Positions 60,820-64,000 of a stretch of 64,000 nt of DNA are shown here, in pieces. Numbering within the stretch: position 1 is the first letter of the stretch; every line of letters starts with the position of its first letter. Source of the stretch: Blastocatellia bacterium (GTDB lineage: Bacteria > Acidobacteriota > Blastocatellia > UBA7656); contig DATFWY010000037.1 in assembly GCA_035258805.1 (NCBI GenBank), positions 350-64,349 on the forward strand, in the 5' to 3' direction. The notes beneath the pieces are model-generated. The model saw only the letters and a list, made by a program, of their open reading frames with translations. It was not told the DNA's origin and ran no database searches. A program made the position numbers and the translations under genes.

Positions 60820-61824
60820 ATGCTCGAATTCGCAATAACCTTCAAACCTGATATGACTCACGGCCGCATTGTTTCGCTTACCAAACAGGCGGAAGCTGCG
60901 GGGTTTAGCTACGCGTGGATTTTCGATTCGCATGTGCTGTGGCAAGAAGCATATCCGCTTATGACACTCATGGCGGTAAATACTGAGCGGATGCGATTGG
61001 GGACGTGTGTAACGAATCCTGCCGTTCGAGATGCCACTGTGACGGCGAGCCTGTTGGCGACGCTAAATCGTATTTCCGGCGGGCGCATGGATCTTGGCAT
61101 CGGCCGGGGCGATAGCTCTCGACGAGTTATGGGTAAAAAGCCGACTACACTCGAGCGGCTGGAAGACACCGTTAACGTTGTACGCGATCTGTGTTCGGGG
61201 AAAAAGATCGAATATGAAGGCCGAGAGATCCAGATGCCCTGGGCGGACTCTGGAGTGCCGCCGGCGTGGATAGCCGGATACGGACCCAAAGCGTTACGCT
61301 GCGCCGGACGAATAGGCGACGGCGTCATCCTGCAGTTCGCCGATCCTGCGCTGATCAAATGGTGTCTCGGCTTTGTGCGGGAAGGCGCGGAAGAAGCCAG
61401 TCGCGACTTTTCAAAGATTAGGGTGATGAGCGCGGCGCCGGTTTGGGTATCGAACGATCTCGACAAAGCGAGGGATCAGGTTCGCTGGTTTCCGGCGCTG
61501 GTTTCAAATCACGTCGTCGATCTCGTCTCGCGATACAAGCCCGAAGAATTACCACAGGAATTAACCTCATATATCCGCGATCGAAAAGGATACAATTATC
61601 TTCATCACGCTGAAGTCGGAAGCTCGAATGCCGAATTCGTGTCTGATGATATTGTCGATCGTTTTTGCATCGTCGGTCCTCCCGACGAGCACGTGCGAAA
61701 GCTGAAAGAACTGCAGAATGCCGGCGTTACACAATTCAATATTTACCTGATGAGCGGCGATGAGGAACAGACTGTCGAAGCGTACGGCAGGGATGTCTTG
61801 CCAGCGCTGCAGTTAGGCTTCTAA
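60820..61824 (+). CDS. LLM-class (luciferase-like) flavin/F420-dependent oxidoreductase
   Basis: Start at MLEFAITF (alternative ATG 60805). TIM-barrel LLM motifs (SYAWIFDSH, LGIGRGDS, GDEEQTVEAYGRDVLP). Confidence 0.85.
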   Translation: MLEFAITFKPDMTHGRIVSLTKQAEAAGFSYAWIFDSHVLWQEAYPLMTLMAVNTERMRLGTCVTNPAVRDATVTASLLATLNRISGGRMDLGIGRGDSSRRVMGKKPTTLERLEDTVNVVRDLCSGKKIEYEGREIQMPWADSGVPPAWIAGYGPKALRCAGRIGDGVILQFADPALIKWCLGFVREGAEEASRDFSKIRVMSAAPVWVSNDLDKARDQVRWFPALVSNHVVDLVSRYKPEELPQELTSYIRDRKGYNYLHHAEVGSSNAEFVSDDIVDRFCIVGPPDEHVRKLKELQNAGVTQFNIYLMSGDEEQTVEAYGRDVLPALQLGF

Positions 61825-61836
61825 ACCTGCATCACT

Positions 61837-61867
61837 ATCTGCGTAAGTTGCGTAATCTGGGGATCGA
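61837..61867. repeat. Short repeat tatctgcgtaagttgcgtaatctggggatcg (same family as 59768-59797)
   Basis: Lies between the convergent LLM and GNAT genes. Confidence 0.5.
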
Positions 61868-61882
61868 TCTCAGCAACAAAGG

Positions 61883-62470
61883 CTATTTTAGGGCGTGAAG
61901 CTGTTCTCCCTCGGCAATCTGAGTAACATACTTCTCTTGCTTAAAAGGCTTGAACCCGCGCTTAAGGTAGTTCGGCATCGCCGCTGCATCATCCAGAGTA
62001 CAGGTATGCAACCAGACTCGATTGGCGCCATCGCTCCAGGCTTGTTGCACGGCCACGGTCAGAAGGTGCTTGCCAAGACCACGACCGAGGAACTCCTGCA
62101 TCAGGCCAAAGTATGCGATCTCGATTGCGCCGTCGTCGTGGCGTTCGAGCTCGAAGTATCCTGCTGGAGCGTCTTCAGAATACATTACCCATAGAGTTAC
62201 TTCAGGTCGACTATAGTGAGCGGCAATTTGCTCGTCAGTCCACGGTAGTCGGTCAGTCCAGTGGTACAGACGTCCCACCTCAGCATAAAGAAAGCGAGCA
62301 AAAGATGCCGGGCATTGCGCGATTTGGTCGATTCTGATCCTGGAGTCATCGAAGCGCGCGGGATTAAGATCCTGCGGCTGCTGCAGTTGAAGATAAGTTC
62401 GAGTGACTTCGACGTCCATGGCGGAAATATTAAACGCAAAGCCTATCCGGTTCAAAGTTCTGTGCACCAA
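61883..62470 (-). CDS. GNAT-family N-acetyltransferase
   Basis: 195 aa. Acetyl-CoA-binding motif region (FGLMQEFLGRGLGKHLL) and C-terminal GNAT beta-strands. Confidence 0.7.
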   Translation of the reverse strand: MVHRTLNRIGFAFNISAMDVEVTRTYLQLQQPQDLNPARFDDSRIRIDQIAQCPASFARFLYAEVGRLYHWTDRLPWTDEQIAAHYSRPEVTLWVMYSEDAPAGYFELERHDDGAIEIAYFGLMQEFLGRGLGKHLLTVAVQQAWSDGANRVWLHTCTLDDAAAMPNYLKRGFKPFKQEKYVTQIAEGEQLHALK

Positions 62471-62533
62471 TGCCGTCCTGACCCGTTCTCACAAAGGGTT
62501 CGGGGTGTACAATCTCTCCTTCAGTGGTGCCCA

Positions 62534-64000
62534 ATGAAGAAACTCCTACTGTTATTGCTACTTTTCGGCGTGCTCTCGCCGGCGTTTGCTGATCAACCCG
62601 CGAGCAAGATTATTGATCGCTACAAAAAAGCGTCGGGAGGGAAAGCGGCGGCTCGCCTGAGAAGCACCTTGCTGACCGGCTCGATTAAAACCGCCGATGG
62701 GAGCAGCGGTCGATTTAATTACCAAATCTCCTCGCCTAATAATCTTCGGGTCGATATTGAAGTCGGCGATTCGAAAATTAGCGAATGCTACAACGGCAAA
62801 TCCGCCTGGCGCCTGGATTCGCGAGGCCTTCGAACGCTACTCGGAGACGAAGCCAAAAGACTGCGCCTCGAGTCGTTGCTCGCCAACACACGTCTCACTG
62901 ACCTGCAACGCAATCGTATTGTTCCTCAAATCACAGGCAAGACGGTAATCGATGGAAAGCAAGCCGCCGGCATTGAATTCACCAAAGATGGTGCGAAGGT
63001 CAAACTCTTTTTTGATGCTTCTACCAACCTGCCGATTAAACGCGAAAGAGAAACCTCCGAAGGGATAGAAGAGACTTTTTATAGCGATTATCGGCCCGTC
63101 GACGGCCTAATGGAGCCTTACTCTCTACGAATCAAGAAAGCGACCAATGAGATTATCGTTTCAATCGACCGCGTTGAGCACAATAAGACCGTAGCGCTAA
63201 CAGCGTTCCGTTATCCGGTGGTCGAAGGTTCTCGACCACTGCCTGAGCTCGAGCCATTGCTCAAGGCTCTCCAGGACAACCAGGACAAGATCGATGAGAT
63301 GCGCGAGCGCTATACTTGCCGCCTCGTTGAAATCGAACGCAAACACGACGGAGATGGCCGTATCAAAGAGTCCGAAACGAAAACTTACGAAGTCACCCCA
63401 GTCGGATCTGAATTTGTCGAAAGGCTCATGAGCGTCAATGGCAAGGAGCTTTCATCGTCGGAACGAGAAAAAGAGGATAAACGAGTTCAAAAGGAGATCG
63501 AGGATATAGTGAAAAAACGTGAGAAGAAGGCGCAGCGCGAGGAGCGAGCGCGTGAAAAAGGAGAGACGAAAAAGAATGATGACGACGACATCGAGATCAA
63601 AGATTTCCTGCGCATCAGCGAGATCACCTCGATTCGACGCGAAGTGTTTCGCGGTCACGAAGTGATTGCATTCGATTTCGAGCCGCGCAAAGGCTTCAAA
63701 CCTAAGAGCCGTGGTGAGGACATTGTAAGCAAACTAGCCGGGACAATCTGGGTGGATGAAGCTGCTCAGCAAATCGCACGGCTTGAGGCCCGATTCACTG
63801 ATTCGTACAAGATTGGCGGAGGAATGCTAGCGTCAATCGGGTCGTCGACCGCGTTTACCTTTGAACAAGAAAAGGTAGGAGATGAGGTTTGGCTGCCCTC
63901 GGCGATGGAAGCTAATCTGTCCGCGAGGGTCTTGTTGCTGGCAAAATTCAACCGCAGCGTCGAACGCCGATATAGTGATTACAAGAAGTATCAGATCGAC
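62534..64000 (+). CDS. Secreted hypothetical protein, 5' partial (runs off window end)
   Basis: Open frame from ATG 62534 to the window end. It is not in the ORF track because there is no in-window stop. Signal peptide MKKLLLLLLLFGVLSPAFA. A Lys/Glu-rich coiled segment (KEDKRVQKEIEDIVKKREKKAQREERAREKGE) is embedded in the middle. Confidence 0.5.
   Translation, partial: MKKLLLLLLLFGVLSPAFADQPASKIIDRYKKASGGKAAARLRSTLLTGSIKTADGSSGRFNYQISSPNNLRVDIEVGDSKISECYNGKSAWRLDSRGLRTLLGDEAKRLRLESLLANTRLTDLQRNRIVPQITGKTVIDGKQAAGIEFTKDGAKVKLFFDASTNLPIKRERETSEGIEETFYSDYRPVDGLMEPYSLRIKKATNEIIVSIDRVEHNKTVALTAFRYPVVEGSRPLPELEPLLKALQDNQDKIDEMRERYTCRLVEIERKHDGDGRIKESETKTYEVTPVGSEFVERLMSVNGKELSSSEREKEDKRVQKEIEDIVKKREKKAQREERAREKGETKKNDDDDIEIKDFLRISEITSIRREVFRGHEVIAFDFEPRKGFKPKSRGEDIVSKLAGTIWVDEAAQQIARLEARFTDSYKIGGGMLASIGSSTAFTFEQEKVGDEVWLPSAMEANLSARVLLLAKFNRSVERRYSDYKKYQID

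Overview
The window looks like a chromosomal stretch from a GC-rich soil-type bacterium. My guess is Acidobacteriota-like, from gene content and the strong AGGAGG ribosome-binding sites, but taxonomy cannot be proven from sequence alone. There are no phage, plasmid or CRISPR hallmarks. It has three parts.

(1) 0-13.4 kb is a proteostasis block on the + strand: IF-1, a DnaJ-like protein, ClpB, an eRF1-like protein with a Zn-ribbon, ClpP, Hsp20, Lon, then a PDZ-radical-SAM protein. The eRF1-like gene sits 21 bp upstream of clpP. I consider it the most interesting candidate in the window: a possible nascent-chain release / ribosome-rescue factor wired into a ClpP-Hsp20-Lon operon.

(2) 13.8-36 kb is housekeeping: an S9 peptidase, RNase R, tRNA-Leu, an orphan histidine kinase, a fused LptC/LptA-like protein, lptB, rpoN, hpf, rapZ, a mannose-type PTS EIIA, two orphan Opp-type ABC ATPases, a NYN-domain protein, a TPR protein, acs, a HAD phosphatase and kdsC.

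(3) 36-62 kb is an accessory-looking island. It carries seven secreted alpha/beta-hydrolases and carboxylesterases (some with Tat signals) around a periplasmic PQQ-dehydrogenase / molybdo-oxidoreductase operon. After that come scattered hydantoin-utilisation genes (hydantoinase, NCS1 permease, carbamoylase, AraC regulator, LLM oxidoreductase), a methyltransferase-YbaN operon, a HEAT-TonB protein and a GNAT.

The window is also rich in unusual small repeats. Long stem-loops built from tandem 7-8 bp units completely fill the lon->rSAM and hpf->rapZ spacers, with smaller versions elsewhere. A four-copy REP/MITE-like palindrome family is confined to the 36-62 kb island. A 9-bp-periodic TAGGTCCTA motif sits just upstream of several genes.
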